From a virus, in IMG/VR virus record IMGVR_UViG_3300023179_000030, positions 32,001 to 96,000 of that record: a DNA stretch of 64,000 nt; one strand, given 5' to 3'. The notes under the pieces were generated by a model. The model was not told the origin of the DNA and made no database searches. It was given only the letters and a program-made list of their open reading frames with translations. This document shows positions 40,788 to 52,700 of the stretch, piece by piece (position 1 is the stretch's first letter; each line of letters begins with the position of its first letter). Both the position numbers and the translations under genes were made by a program.

Positions 40788-43694
40788 ATGGCCACTAGCA
40801 ACACATCAGATCCAGTCTTAGATGCCGTCAATGTTGCCCCCTTGACCGAGCAGGAACAGAAAAACACAATCGGAAAGGTGTCAATTTCTGGCTATCCTTC
40901 TTTCGTAGACAATACTTCTATTGCTAAACAAATAGAGCTTAACAAAAAATTAGCCCCCCTAGGTCAAACTTTGGCGACTATATTACAACAAGAACTAGGC
41001 TATGCATTGTATAATGCAGAATTCGATGCTTGGGTAATAACCACCACCGGAACTAGCTCTAATTTAGGAACACAGACTGGTCCTGGAGACCCTAGATTTT
41101 TAAATTCTGACTATTTGTCATCAACTCCGGGATCCAATACACTGCCAAACAATGGAAGTTCCAGTAATTTTGATAGACCTCAGGTGGCCTGCGTAAATCC
41201 TCTGCACGACTACGACACTTATACTTACTCATTGAGTCTACATCTAATATCAACTGATCAGTTTAAAGCTGTAATTGAAGATCCCAAAAAGGAATATATA
41301 CCCAAACATGTATTGGTGAGTAGTGCAGGTAGGTACAATGACAACACATTTGCTAGGAATAAATTTTTCACAGAAGATTTCTTTTTTGAAGAATTTAAAA
41401 TGACAACTTATATAAACACTACTCAGAGGTCTAGAAACAGCAACTTAATAGAATGCAGTTTTACAATTATAGAACCCAATGGGTTTACTTTTATCAATAG
41501 ACTCATGTCTGCTTCCTATAGTTCAGTGGCCAATGGGGGTGTTGCATCTAAGAACTATCTAGCACAACCATACATACTGCAAATTGATTTCTTTGGCACA
41601 CGTGGTGATAATATGACCATGGGGAAAATACCCAACTGTACTAAAATATTGCCCATTAGACTCATTGACATGCAGTCAAGAATTAGTTCCAAAGGCACCG
41701 AATATCGCTTTACTGCCACAGCATTTAATCATCAAGCATATAATCAATCAATTGTGGTGACCCCTGCGAATTTCCAAGTTAAAGCAACCACAGTGGCTGA
41801 GGTGTTTGGGCTGGGGTCAGTGCAAAAGACAGACGTAATATCATTTGAACAACAGCAGAGACTTGAACAACAAAACGAACAAGCGAAACGGGATGTTTTA
41901 ACCAGTAGAAGTGCACCCACCGCCAACCCATTAGACAGTTGGCAAGCCAGTGGGTCATTGGGTAAAACTCTGGACAATAAAGTTTTTACTGTGACTGGTT
42001 TGACTGATGCGTATAATGCATATTATGCTGCCTTGAAAGATAGAAAGCAAATCTCAGGGGTCAACAAAATCAGCGTCAAATTTCATGAATCCATTGGAAA
42101 TGCGCTATTGCATCCTAAATCGGGACCTGTAAATATTACACAGGCCACGGCTGGTGGTGGACAATCCGAAACTGATAAAAAAACAGATATTCAGCTAGCT
42201 GGCAATGCCACCAAAGGACGTATAGATTTTAATAGTGGAACATTGAACGTAGCTGCCGGCACACAGATAGATGTTTTAATAGATTGGGCTATACGCAATA
42301 GCGCATATATAGGTAAACAACTTTTAGATCCAACAAGCAGCGAGCGTAGAGATGTCACCGGCGCGACCCAGCTCAAAACTCCATTGCAACATTATAAAAT
42401 TGTGCCACAGCTTAAATTGCTGGATTACGATGAAAAAAATGGTCGATATGCCATGGAAGTTACTTATTATGTAAAACCCTTTATTATGCAGTCCAGTTAT
42501 CCCTATGGTCCATTGGGTCGTGTCCCAGGTTGGGTCAAGGAATATAACTATATTTTTACTGGCGGCAGAAGTAGGGTCACAGGTGAAAACCTCAGCAATA
42601 GAGATGTAATTGATTTGCAATTAGAATTCAACATGAATTATTACAATCAAATTACTTCCACTAGAAATTTTGGTAGACTGGGGGAAACAGCACAAAACAC
42701 GGCAGGGGATCAAAAGTTACAGCGTGAAAATGATGGGGCCCTAGGGAATAGCAACGGAGATGCCCCCAATGCTGGGTCTTACCCAACTATTCCCTGGGAT
42801 CCAGCTCAACCACGCACCAATAATTTTGTTGCCAATGATATAACGCGATCAAATAGAACAGGTCCCAACCAAGCACAAGCAGTAGACGGTGCAGATTTAT
42901 CTAATTCATTGATGCTATCTGCCAAAGGGGACATGATTAATATTAAACTGAAGATCATAGGTGACCCACAGCTTATCAAGCAAGACGACATTTTTTATGG
43001 GCAAGGACTTGAGGCCACCACATCGCAATGGATCAGTGACAGCAATAACAGTCTATGGATGGACAATGGTGAACTTTATGTCTTTGTTAATTTCAAAAGC
43101 CCCCAAGATTATGATGAACGCACAGGGCTAGCAGTTTCAGATAATAGCCAAACTAATTATTCTAGTTTCAGCGGTGTATACAAAATAATAACAATAGATA
43201 ATTTATTCTCACGTGGTAAATTTGAACAAACACTGGATTTGGTCAAATTACCTATAACTGATAATGTTAGGAATATGAACAGCTATGCTAGAGAAAGTAC
43301 GGTGACAAATTTAACTAGCTCATTGAATTATACTGAGCCATTGGCTAGAAGTGCAGGTCCACGAGTACTACAAAATCAAATCAATTCGGCGGCCAACAAT
43401 GCATTTGCAGCAGCATCATCATTGGCTAATTCAGTAACAGGTAGATTAACTCAGGTTACAAAGGATGCAGTAGAAGGTAAACTAAGCCAATTCACAGGTG
43501 AAGTCACAGGGTTGCTTACAACTGGGTTAAAAGATATTTCGGACCAGTTACCGTCGTTAAATACTATTAAAAATATACAACTAGTATTGGCTGACCCCAA
43601 TTCTCTAGTGGATACTGCAATTAACACCGTGACTAGCGAAGCAAATCAGTTGGTTAATTCTGCATTTGATTCTGTTACATCACTTTTCTCTTAG
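40788..43694 (+). CDS. Baseplate hub protein (gp27-like position, 968 aa)
   Basis: Between gp53-like and gp5-like genes; C-terminal LKIIGDP..I...FSGVYKII..DN.F..GKFEQTL.L motif. Confidence 0.55.
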   Translation: MATSNTSDPVLDAVNVAPLTEQEQKNTIGKVSISGYPSFVDNTSIAKQIELNKKLAPLGQTLATILQQELGYALYNAEFDAWVITTTGTSSNLGTQTGPGDPRFLNSDYLSSTPGSNTLPNNGSSSNFDRPQVACVNPLHDYDTYTYSLSLHLISTDQFKAVIEDPKKEYIPKHVLVSSAGRYNDNTFARNKFFTEDFFFEEFKMTTYINTTQRSRNSNLIECSFTIIEPNGFTFINRLMSASYSSVANGGVASKNYLAQPYILQIDFFGTRGDNMTMGKIPNCTKILPIRLIDMQSRISSKGTEYRFTATAFNHQAYNQSIVVTPANFQVKATTVAEVFGLGSVQKTDVISFEQQQRLEQQNEQAKRDVLTSRSAPTANPLDSWQASGSLGKTLDNKVFTVTGLTDAYNAYYAALKDRKQISGVNKISVKFHESIGNALLHPKSGPVNITQATAGGGQSETDKKTDIQLAGNATKGRIDFNSGTLNVAAGTQIDVLIDWAIRNSAYIGKQLLDPTSSERRDVTGATQLKTPLQHYKIVPQLKLLDYDEKNGRYAMEVTYYVKPFIMQSSYPYGPLGRVPGWVKEYNYIFTGGRSRVTGENLSNRDVIDLQLEFNMNYYNQITSTRNFGRLGETAQNTAGDQKLQRENDGALGNSNGDAPNAGSYPTIPWDPAQPRTNNFVANDITRSNRTGPNQAQAVDGADLSNSLMLSAKGDMINIKLKIIGDPQLIKQDDIFYGQGLEATTSQWISDSNNSLWMDNGELYVFVNFKSPQDYDERTGLAVSDNSQTNYSSFSGVYKIITIDNLFSRGKFEQTLDLVKLPITDNVRNMNSYARESTVTNLTSSLNYTEPLARSAGPRVLQNQINSAANNAFAAASSLANSVTGRLTQVTKDAVEGKLSQFTGEVTGLLTTGLKDISDQLPSLNTIKNIQLVLADPNSLVDTAINTVTSEANQLVNSAFDSVTSLFS

Positions 43695-43711
43695 AAACTG
43701 GATTTTAATTT

Positions 43712-45862
43712 ATGTTTGACAAAACCTTAGGTACAAAACGCGCCACATTCGCAGACTCAACTAAGGCTGAAATACCACTACGCCTGGGGATATACAAGGG
43801 TATTATTAAAAAAGTAGACCGAGAAACTAGAAATGGTAGGCTTTATGTTTATATAGATGGACCTGGCAGTGCCGATCCTGATAACCCATCGGGCTGGTCA
43901 GCGGTTACCTACGCAAGTCCCTATGGTGGTACTACAACTGGCCCGCAGACTGTAAACACAGTCAATGACTTTGCCAATACAAAACAAACCTATGGTATGT
44001 TTATGAGTCCACCTGACGTAGGCAGCACAGTTTTGTGTTGTTTCCCCAATGGTGAAAATGAAGGATATTGGTTTGCCTGCATTAACCATAATCTAAGCAA
44101 ATACATGGTACCAGCAATTGGGGCAGTGGATAGAAGCAAAATCAATGAAGCCAGCATACCTGCAAATCTCAAAGATATATTGCAGCCCGGAAATTTTTAC
44201 CCTGTGGGAGAATTCAATGAAAATGAAACTAGTCCTTTTAGTAAGTCTGATTGGGTAAACTGGCCCAAACCACTGCATATACCTCAGACATTAAATCTTA
44301 TTCGACAGGGTTTAGACAGTGATAGGGTCAGAGGCGCTATATCTAGCAGTATACAACGTGACCCCATTAGTTCAGTACTGGGATTCAGTACACCTGGTAG
44401 GCCAATATCAAAACAAGATCCCGCCAATGTTAAAAATTTAGCAGATATTTTAAAAACCGGGTCATTTAACTCATCACAATTTGATGTAACCACCAGAGTT
44501 GGTGGTCATACATTGGTTATGGATGATGGTGATATTTTTGGTACTGACAATTTATTAAGATTAAAAACTTCAGCAGGACATCAATTATTAATGAACGACA
44601 CCGAGGGTATTGTCTACATCAGCAATGCTTCGGGCAATGCTTGGGTGGAATTAACCAAAGATGGAGACGTATTGATCTATGGTAAACGAGACCTAGCAAT
44701 TAATACCGAGGGGAATATCATGATGCACAGTGCAAAAAATATTTCCTTTAACGCACAAAAAAATATTGACATGCATGCTGGTGCAGCAATTAGAATGGAA
44801 TCTCCGGTTATACAAACTAATGCAGGGCAAACATTGACACTGTACGGTAAAAAAACTCAGATAAAGGCAGCAAGTAGTGTTACTATGAATGCAGGAAGTA
44901 CAATGAGTTTAAAAGCCACAGGAAGTCTAGGGGTTACAGGGTCTGCTATACTATTAAACAGCGGAGCAATAGGAGCATCAATCCCTACACCACAAAAACT
45001 CAAACAATATTCTTTGCCCAACGCACAAAAAAACAGTGTTGTCTGGCAGATACAGCCCAACGCTATAAGTTCTATCAATTATAAAATCCCTACACACGAA
45101 CCCTATATAAGGCAAACCACTGATACTGCTACTCAGACCACCGTTGTCGATGAGGGAACCAGCGTGGATATTGATGGTAACGTAATACGACCACCCAAAA
45201 TTTATTCGGCACCTGGACCAAGCCGGGCAATGTCGGCGGCAGTTAAAAGACCAGCTCCAACCTCATCGTTTATTAATCAGACAGACACAGGAAGATCTCT
45301 GGGCAATCTAAACAAAGACCAATACCGAGCCTATCTCGCACAGCTCGGATACACTGAAAGCGGCGGCAATTATATACCAACAAACTCTAATTCTTCGGTG
45401 CCGGGCACTAATCAATTTGGGTATGTGGGTAAGTATCAGCTTGGAGCCGCAGCACTTGCCGACCTAGGGTTAGTAAAATCGGGAACAGTACAAAATGTTG
45501 ACGCAATAAATAATCCCAATAACTGGATAGGTGGAACTGGTAAACCAGCAAATCTTCAAGAGTTTTTGGCAAATCCAGACTACCAAGAACAAGCCATGTA
45601 TAATTATACCAAAGACAATTACTCAGCATTGCAAAAATATGGATTAATAACCGCAGAAACATCAGCAGAAGAAACTGCGGGGCTCTTGTCAGCCGCACAT
45701 ATCGGTGGTGCTGGTGGCACAAATAAATGGTTTAAAGGTGGCTTGGATGCTTCAGACGCCAATGGTACAAGTATTAGTCAATACTATAATCAAGGTAGAT
45801 ACAGCCAGACACAAGTAAGTACTATAATTGCCAGCAATGCCAGTAAACCTGGACTGATTTAA
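43712..45862 (+). CDS. Baseplate central spike, gp5/VgrG-like, with C-terminal lysozyme-like domain
   Basis: OB-fold (GRLYVYI...W..V.YASP...YGMFMSPPDVG..VL), beta-helix (GHTLVMDDG...GHQLLMND), then ESGGNY...GKYQLG...QEQAM...AAHIGG lysozyme-fold motifs. Confidence 0.75.
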   Translation: MFDKTLGTKRATFADSTKAEIPLRLGIYKGIIKKVDRETRNGRLYVYIDGPGSADPDNPSGWSAVTYASPYGGTTTGPQTVNTVNDFANTKQTYGMFMSPPDVGSTVLCCFPNGENEGYWFACINHNLSKYMVPAIGAVDRSKINEASIPANLKDILQPGNFYPVGEFNENETSPFSKSDWVNWPKPLHIPQTLNLIRQGLDSDRVRGAISSSIQRDPISSVLGFSTPGRPISKQDPANVKNLADILKTGSFNSSQFDVTTRVGGHTLVMDDGDIFGTDNLLRLKTSAGHQLLMNDTEGIVYISNASGNAWVELTKDGDVLIYGKRDLAINTEGNIMMHSAKNISFNAQKNIDMHAGAAIRMESPVIQTNAGQTLTLYGKKTQIKAASSVTMNAGSTMSLKATGSLGVTGSAILLNSGAIGASIPTPQKLKQYSLPNAQKNSVVWQIQPNAISSINYKIPTHEPYIRQTTDTATQTTVVDEGTSVDIDGNVIRPPKIYSAPGPSRAMSAAVKRPAPTSSFINQTDTGRSLGNLNKDQYRAYLAQLGYTESGGNYIPTNSNSSVPGTNQFGYVGKYQLGAAALADLGLVKSGTVQNVDAINNPNNWIGGTGKPANLQEFLANPDYQEQAMYNYTKDNYSALQKYGLITAETSAEETAGLLSAAHIGGAGGTNKWFKGGLDASDANGTSISQYYNQGRYSQTQVSTIIASNASKPGLI

Positions 45863-45881
45863 CTAATAAAAGGAAAAAGCA

Positions 45882-46259
45882 ATGGCGCTATATAACGGTT
45901 TTAGTACAGTTGGAAGGAATAAACATTTTCGCATCACCAATTTTGAATTGGTTAAACAGGATTTAATCAATCATTTCAATGTACGCAAAGGTGAAAAAGT
46001 AATGAACCCAGATTTTGGTACAATAATCTGGGATACGTTATTTGAGCCATTGGATGAGGATACAAAAAATACTATAGCACAGGATATTAGACGTATTATA
46101 GCTTCAGATCCCAGAGTTGCCGCTCAAAATATCATTATAACTCAATTTGAAAAGGGTCTACAGATTGAAATAGAGCTAATTTACATTTCCAGCAATCAAA
46201 CCAGTACCTTGGCTTTGACCTTTAATCAAGATTCCCGTAATATCACTAGAACTCTTTAA
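45882..46259 (+). CDS. gp25: Baseplate wedge subunit, T4 gp25-like
   Basis: RKGEKVMNPDFGTIIWDTLFEP...DPRV motif. Confidence 0.88.
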   Translation: MALYNGFSTVGRNKHFRITNFELVKQDLINHFNVRKGEKVMNPDFGTIIWDTLFEPLDEDTKNTIAQDIRRIIASDPRVAAQNIIITQFEKGLQIEIELIYISSNQTSTLALTFNQDSRNITRTL

Positions 46260-46313
46260 TAGTACCATATTTTGACGTGCTAAATATTAAAAAGATATCA
46301 GCAAGGCAAATCA

Positions 46314-49300
46314 ATGGCAAATACCACACGTCAAAATTCACTATTGGTCAATCAAGATTGGACTAGGGTCTACGAGAGTTTTAGAAACGCAGACTTTCAA
46401 AGTTATGATTTTCAGACCCTACGTAAAAGTATGGTTGACTATCTGCAAATTTACTATCCCGAAGATTTCAATGATTTTGTCGAGTCCAGTGAATATATTG
46501 CATTAATTGACTTGATTGCCTTTTTGGGTCAAAGTCTAGCGTTTAGAACAGACTTAAACGCCAGAGAAAATTTTATTGACACTGCTGAAAGAAGGGACAG
46601 TGTTTTAAAATTAGCTAGATTAATTAGCTATGTGCCCAAACGTAATCAAACTGCTTCGGGATTTCTGAAATTTGACAGTGTTCAAACCACCGAAAGTTTA
46701 ACTGACAGCAATGGGTTAGACCTAACAAATTTAATTGTAAAATGGAACGACAGCACAAATAATAATTGGTATGAACAATTCGCTACCATTATAAATGCAG
46801 CATTGCCCAACAATCAATTAGTAGGCAGACCAGCAAACAGCAAAGTAATCGGTGGTATAACTAATGAGGAGTACAATTTAAATATATCTCCTGGGGCCTT
46901 GCCCATATATAAGTTTTCTACACAAGTAGAGAACTCGGCATTGTCATTTGAGGTTGTCAGTGGTACAAGTGCAGATAAGGAATACATATATGAGGCCGCA
47001 CCTTACCCAGGAAAACCACTAAACATATTATACAAGAATGACAATTTAGGCAATGCCAGCAACAACACAGGGTTTTTCTTTTACTTTAAACAGGGTGACT
47101 TACAAAACTTAGACTTTAGCTTTGCGGAAAATATCCCAAATAATATAGCATCAATAAATTATGATAATATCAACAACACCGATGTTTGGTTATACGAACT
47201 CAGTAATTTAAACTCAATTTTAACTCAATGGGAACAAACCCCTGCGGTCAGTGGTGTCAACATCATTTATAACAGTAACGCAGCTAAGAAAAGTTTTCAA
47301 GTAACAACTAGGAACAATGACCAGATTAATCTAGTTTTCGGTGATGGTACATTTGCTGCTATACCTCAGGGTAGATTTAGGGCATATTTTAGAACCAGCG
47401 CAGGTTTAGATTACAAGATAACTCCAGATGAAATGCAAAACATTTCTATGTCTATACCCTATGTCAGCAGATTGGGTAGGCTTGAAACTCTTACAGTGGT
47501 TGCCAGTTTAAAATATACAGTAGTCAACGCTATTTCCAGGGAAAGTATATCAGATATAAAAGCCAAGGCACCACAGCAATACTACACACAAAATCGAATG
47601 ATTACAGGAGAGGACTACAATACTTTCCCTTACAGTAAGTTCAACTCTATAAGCAAAGTAAAATCGGTAAATCGAACAAGTAGCGGGGTAAGTAGATATT
47701 TGGATGTAATTGACTCCACCGGAACTTATTCTAGTACGAATATTTTTGGTGAGGATGGCATTTTATACAAAAATAATATTAATCCAAATATAGATTTTAC
47801 TTGGACTACCACAGCTGACATCAATCGCATAATTCAAAATCAAATTATACCTGAGGTAGAGTCCAAGTCTTTGCAGCATTTTTATTATAAAAATTTTACT
47901 AGGTTTGCTCTCAGCACTTTATATTGGAATAGAACTACAGTGGGATCAAATTCTTCGACTGGGTATTTTGTAAATGGAACTGGGGTAGCACAGCAAGTAG
48001 GATATGGTGTAGTTGGGAATAATTCTTATATTACCAATGGTAGCATAGTAATTTTTAGCCCTGGCTCAGGGAATTATTTTAACTCATTGAACGAAATAGT
48101 TGCGTTGCCAACAAGTGGTTTACTGCCCAGCAATGGACAGCTACTGTTATATGTTGCCGTGACTAATCTAATTGGAAATGGGAATCAGGGAGTTTTAAGT
48201 ACAGGCTATGGTCCAGTGTCACTGAGTGAAAATGTACCAGCCAATGCCCAAGCTATAACTGTTATCCCGGCGTTTAGTAATAGTTTTAGCACCACATTTG
48301 TGACAACATTGATTCAATTGATATCTTCATACAGTGAATTTGGAATTAGGTACAATCAGTCCACTAGAGAATGGGTGTTGGTCTTAGAGCAAGATTTAGA
48401 TAGTTCCAGTGCATTTAGCCAAGCAAATCAGGGATCGTCAACTGGTGCCAATTTAGATGCAAGTTGGTTAATGCATTTTACAGTCAGCGGTCTCACTTAT
48501 ACTGTAGTTACCCGAGGATTGGATTATATATTTGAAAGTAGCAAACAAACAAAGTTTTATTTTGACAAAACAGTTAAAGTTTTTGATAAGACCACTGGCC
48601 TAACGATCAATGACAATATCAATATATTAAAGGTCAATGGTGATCCTGATACCAACTACCCCCTAACTAAAAACATAATTTGGAACATTTATAATCAAAA
48701 GGAAGAAGCCGATGGGTATATTAATACAAATAGTGTAAATGTTACATTCAGTGACTCAAATGACGACGGTGTGCCAGACAATCCTGATATTTTTGATACT
48801 ATAGTTGCCCCAAGTGTTAACTCAAACAACAAATACGTTTTTTTACAATCAGTACTGGGATATAATAATTTTGAAACATATGTTCCTGTTAGTAATGAGT
48901 TAGTAAATACTAGCTATGGCCTAAAATCTTCCATATTACCATATATCAACAATTATGTAATAGGACAAATATTCTATGCCACAGAGTCTAACTTATTCTA
49001 TGTGCTAACATTAACTGGTTCTACTAGGTCACTGGTCTTGGACACAACCTATACTGCTTATGTGGGTCGTCAGGATTTATATTTTCAATATAGACATAAT
49101 GCTCCCGGGGATAGAAGAATAGACCCAACCCCCAGCAACCTAATAGATATGTTTATTTTGACCAAGGAATTTGAGACCAACTACAGAACTTGGGCTTTGG
49201 ATACAACCAATACTGTAACAGAACCAGAAGTCCCCAGCAGTGAAACTCTGCGTCTAGCTTATAGCGATCTTGAAAATTATAAAAGTGTCAGTGATGCCAT

Positions 49301-49718
49301 AATTTTCAATAGCGCCAAATTTAAACCATTATTTGGTAGCAAGGCCTCATCAGAACTTCAAGCTACCTTCAAGGTTATTAAGAACTCTAATATAAATTTA
49401 AGTGACAGTGAAATTCGCAGCCAAGTTTTAGCTTATATTAATGCGTTCTTTGATACAGGTAACTGGGATTTTGGAGAAACTTTTTACTTCACTGAATTGG
49501 CCACTTACATACAGCAGGGATTGGTTCCCAATATCAGCAGCATAGTAATTGTGCCCAATAGTGAGACTCAGACTTTTGGATCTCTACAGCAGATTTCCTC
49601 GGAACCCAACGAAATTCTCATCAGCTGTGCTACGGTACAGAACATAGAAGTAATTAGTGCAATTACTGCTGCACAATTAAACTTGCAAAATCAATCGGTA
49701 AATACTGTGATAAATTAA
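46314..49718 (+). CDS. gp6: Baseplate wedge subunit, T4 gp6-like
   Basis: DF..LR..M..YL...EDFNDF.ESS, ENFIDTAERRDSV..LA..ISY.PKR, FGDG, ESI..IK..APQ.Y.TQNRM.T.EDY; TAAATA at 46281-46286. Confidence 0.85.
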   Translation: MANTTRQNSLLVNQDWTRVYESFRNADFQSYDFQTLRKSMVDYLQIYYPEDFNDFVESSEYIALIDLIAFLGQSLAFRTDLNARENFIDTAERRDSVLKLARLISYVPKRNQTASGFLKFDSVQTTESLTDSNGLDLTNLIVKWNDSTNNNWYEQFATIINAALPNNQLVGRPANSKVIGGITNEEYNLNISPGALPIYKFSTQVENSALSFEVVSGTSADKEYIYEAAPYPGKPLNILYKNDNLGNASNNTGFFFYFKQGDLQNLDFSFAENIPNNIASINYDNINNTDVWLYELSNLNSILTQWEQTPAVSGVNIIYNSNAAKKSFQVTTRNNDQINLVFGDGTFAAIPQGRFRAYFRTSAGLDYKITPDEMQNISMSIPYVSRLGRLETLTVVASLKYTVVNAISRESISDIKAKAPQQYYTQNRMITGEDYNTFPYSKFNSISKVKSVNRTSSGVSRYLDVIDSTGTYSSTNIFGEDGILYKNNINPNIDFTWTTTADINRIIQNQIIPEVESKSLQHFYYKNFTRFALSTLYWNRTTVGSNSSTGYFVNGTGVAQQVGYGVVGNNSYITNGSIVIFSPGSGNYFNSLNEIVALPTSGLLPSNGQLLLYVAVTNLIGNGNQGVLSTGYGPVSLSENVPANAQAITVIPAFSNSFSTTFVTTLIQLISSYSEFGIRYNQSTREWVLVLEQDLDSSSAFSQANQGSSTGANLDASWLMHFTVSGLTYTVVTRGLDYIFESSKQTKFYFDKTVKVFDKTTGLTINDNINILKVNGDPDTNYPLTKNIIWNIYNQKEEADGYINTNSVNVTFSDSNDDGVPDNPDIFDTIVAPSVNSNNKYVFLQSVLGYNNFETYVPVSNELVNTSYGLKSSILPYINNYVIGQIFYATESNLFYVLTLTGSTRSLVLDTTYTAYVGRQDLYFQYRHNAPGDRRIDPTPSNLIDMFILTKEFETNYRTWALDTTNTVTEPEVPSSETLRLAYSDLENYKSVSDAIIFNSAKFKPLFGSKASSELQATFKVIKNSNINLSDSEIRSQVLAYINAFFDTGNWDFGETFYFTELATYIQQGLVPNISSIVIVPNSETQTFGSLQQISSEPNEILISCATVQNIEVISAITAAQLNLQNQSVNTVIN

Positions 49719-49730
49719 TAATTTAGATTC

Positions 49731-52700
49731 ATGCCAACTACTAAAACATCACCACTACTGCCATCGGTCTTTCAGACTGTAACAAACCAAAAGTTCTTAA
49801 ATGCAACCCTGGATCAGCTGGTTACTGAACCCAATTTAAAACCACTAAACGGTTATGTTGGTAGGAAATTTGCTCCGGGTTTCTCCAGCATTTCGGACTA
49901 TGTGCGTGAACCAGATGCTGCTCGAGCAGATTACCAATTAGAACCCAGCGTTGTGGTCAAAAATACCAATACCGCAGAGGTTGAGTTTCACGTAACCTAC
50001 CCTGAAGTATTGCAGAAAATAAATTATTATGGGGGTAATATAGCAAACCCTGGTCACCTATGGTCCAGCGAATATTATAGCTATACCCCTCACATAAATT
50101 TAGACGCATTTATAAATTTTGGTCAATATTATTGGTTGCCCAATGGGCCAGATTCCGTGCCTGTTATAAGTAACCTAGTAGAATTAGAAAAAACATTTTA
50201 TGTATATCCTGATTCAGGCCTGTCCACATATAATCTAAGTGGATTTGGTACAATATCCAATCCCGACTTGGTATTGACACGTGGTGGAACCTATAAATTC
50301 ATTGTCAATCAAACAGGCAAACCTTTTTGGATACAAAGTGATCCTGGAATTTCTGGCTTGCAAACGTCTAGTAATAACTTATCTAGTAGAGAAATATTGG
50401 GAGTTACAAATAATGGAGAAGATGCAGGCACAGTGACTTTTACTGTTCCAGATAAAACAGCCCAGGATGTTTATATCTCCTTGCCTGTTGTGGATAGCAT
50501 TGACCTAGTAACTACATTGAAGTATTCTCAGATACAGGGCCAATTACTTAGTACTTTAAACACTACTTATGGTGGCATTGATGGGCAAACTTCTAATTTG
50601 AATAATAAGTTGATGGTATTTGGTACTTATTATGCAAATTCTTCAGACTGGACAGCAAACAGTATAACTGTTCCAATTAATCAGAGATATGACATCTGGA
50701 GAATTCAATTGACACCTGTGGGCAGCGATTTTACCGTATCATTAGTATACGTTCAAGATATTCCCATGGTCAATAAAGTAATAGTACAATCAGGCAATAC
50801 TTATGCAAATACTCAGTGGTTTAAAAACGGCAGCGAGTATCTTGAAATAGTTCCCAATATAACTGCAAATTTAGATACACTATATTACCAAGATGGTGTT
50901 AACCCTGGTCAATTTGGTGTAATAAAAATAGTTGATGCAGGCGCTAACATATTAAATGTTACAACTGAAATTCTGGGCAAGCAAAACTACATTAGTCCCA
51001 ATGGCATAAAATTTACCAATGGTTTGAAGGTTAAATTTGATTCAGATGTGATCCCTGCAAAATATCAAAATTCGGAATTTTATGTTGAGGGGGTGGGGGA
51101 CGCCATTACCTTAACTGCGGTCAATGATTTGATAGTTTCTTTCTCTGGGTCAAGGTCGAATTTTGACCCAACGTCGCGCTTCTTGCAAGCTGCCACCAGT
51201 GCAAATTTGAATACTACTAAAACTGAACTAGTGATAACTACTACCGATGTACCAGATGGCACTTCGGTTAAACATGGAGTATTCCCCAATACATCTAATA
51301 CAAATTATATTGTTGAACAAACCTTGGTGTTAACTTACCCATATCGTGGTGGGCTAAATTCTATTGGGGAGCATACCAGCACCACCTTGACTTCTGACCC
51401 AATTGGTGTCACAGTACCAGGCATTTTAATAAATGGTGTCAGCAATCAATGGTATGTGCCGGGCCAAAATGGCAGCACATGGCATTATGATGCCGAACAA
51501 GTTTTAATAAACGGTGAAGATATCTATGGCGGATCTACCGGTGACGCTGGTGATTATCATTATAGAAGCAGTAAATTTATAACAGCCAATGCTTGGGGTA
51601 GTTTAACTGGATTTACCAGTGGTTACACTGAAACAGATGGCCACAGTAAGTTAATTGGTTTTGCGGCAGACGGATATCCTATATATGGGCCATATGGATA
51701 TGCCAATGCCAATAGTTCATTGGGTGGTGTAACGAGAATGACTAGTTCATACACTGCATCAAATACTGGTGCTTACCGGCCAGTTAGTAAAACCGTTACG
51801 GTTACCACTGGAACTACAGGAAATATAATAGTTGTTTCCAGCACCGTGGGTCTGAATCCCGGCATGCGTATCACAATCAATGATGCAGGTATAACCTCTG
51901 GCTCAGTCTGGATACTTAACAATGGGTTGCATACCGCTGTGGGCCCCAGCTTGTTTACAGCAGGTGCCACACAAGTGTTATTGAGTTCAAACGTCACTGT
52001 TACAGCAGGTGCATCATTGACTTTTGAATTTCTGGCCGGTGCATTTATAGAGGATTATACTTATGTACCGGGCTCGGGTACTCTGGACCAATTCAATGGT
52101 AGATACGGAGTAACACCAGACTTTCCCAATAAAACATATGCTTACTTTGCTACAGTTGATACACTGGGCAATCCTGTATATCCATATTTTGTTGGGCAAT
52201 CTTTTTATGGGAGTTTAGAGGCAGATATAAACACAAGTTTATTAGAACCTGACTATATAATTTCTAATAGGTCAAGCACAGATTTGAATCCCTGGAGCAG
52301 ACGTAACCGTTGGTTCCACAGCGATGTTATCTCAATTTCCAATCAATACAATAAAACTACTGCAATACTGGATCAAAACTACAGAGCCAAACGGCCAATT
52401 ATTGAATTCAATCCAAATCTACAGATGTACGATTTTGGAAAACGTGGTCTTGCCCCAGTGGATTTATTTGACACCACAATAACTCAGCCATTTATTGATA
52501 TAGAAGGTGCCTCTAGTTATTATATAGATGATATTAACTTATTCGATGGCATGCGAATTATTTTTGCAGCCGATGCCGACCCACTGACCAGAGGTAAAAT
52601 TTGGGTAGTTAATTTCATTGATGTAGTGGGAACCTCTACATCAGACCCAACTATAATACATTTAACTCTGGCCGACGACGGAGATGTACAGGATAATGAC

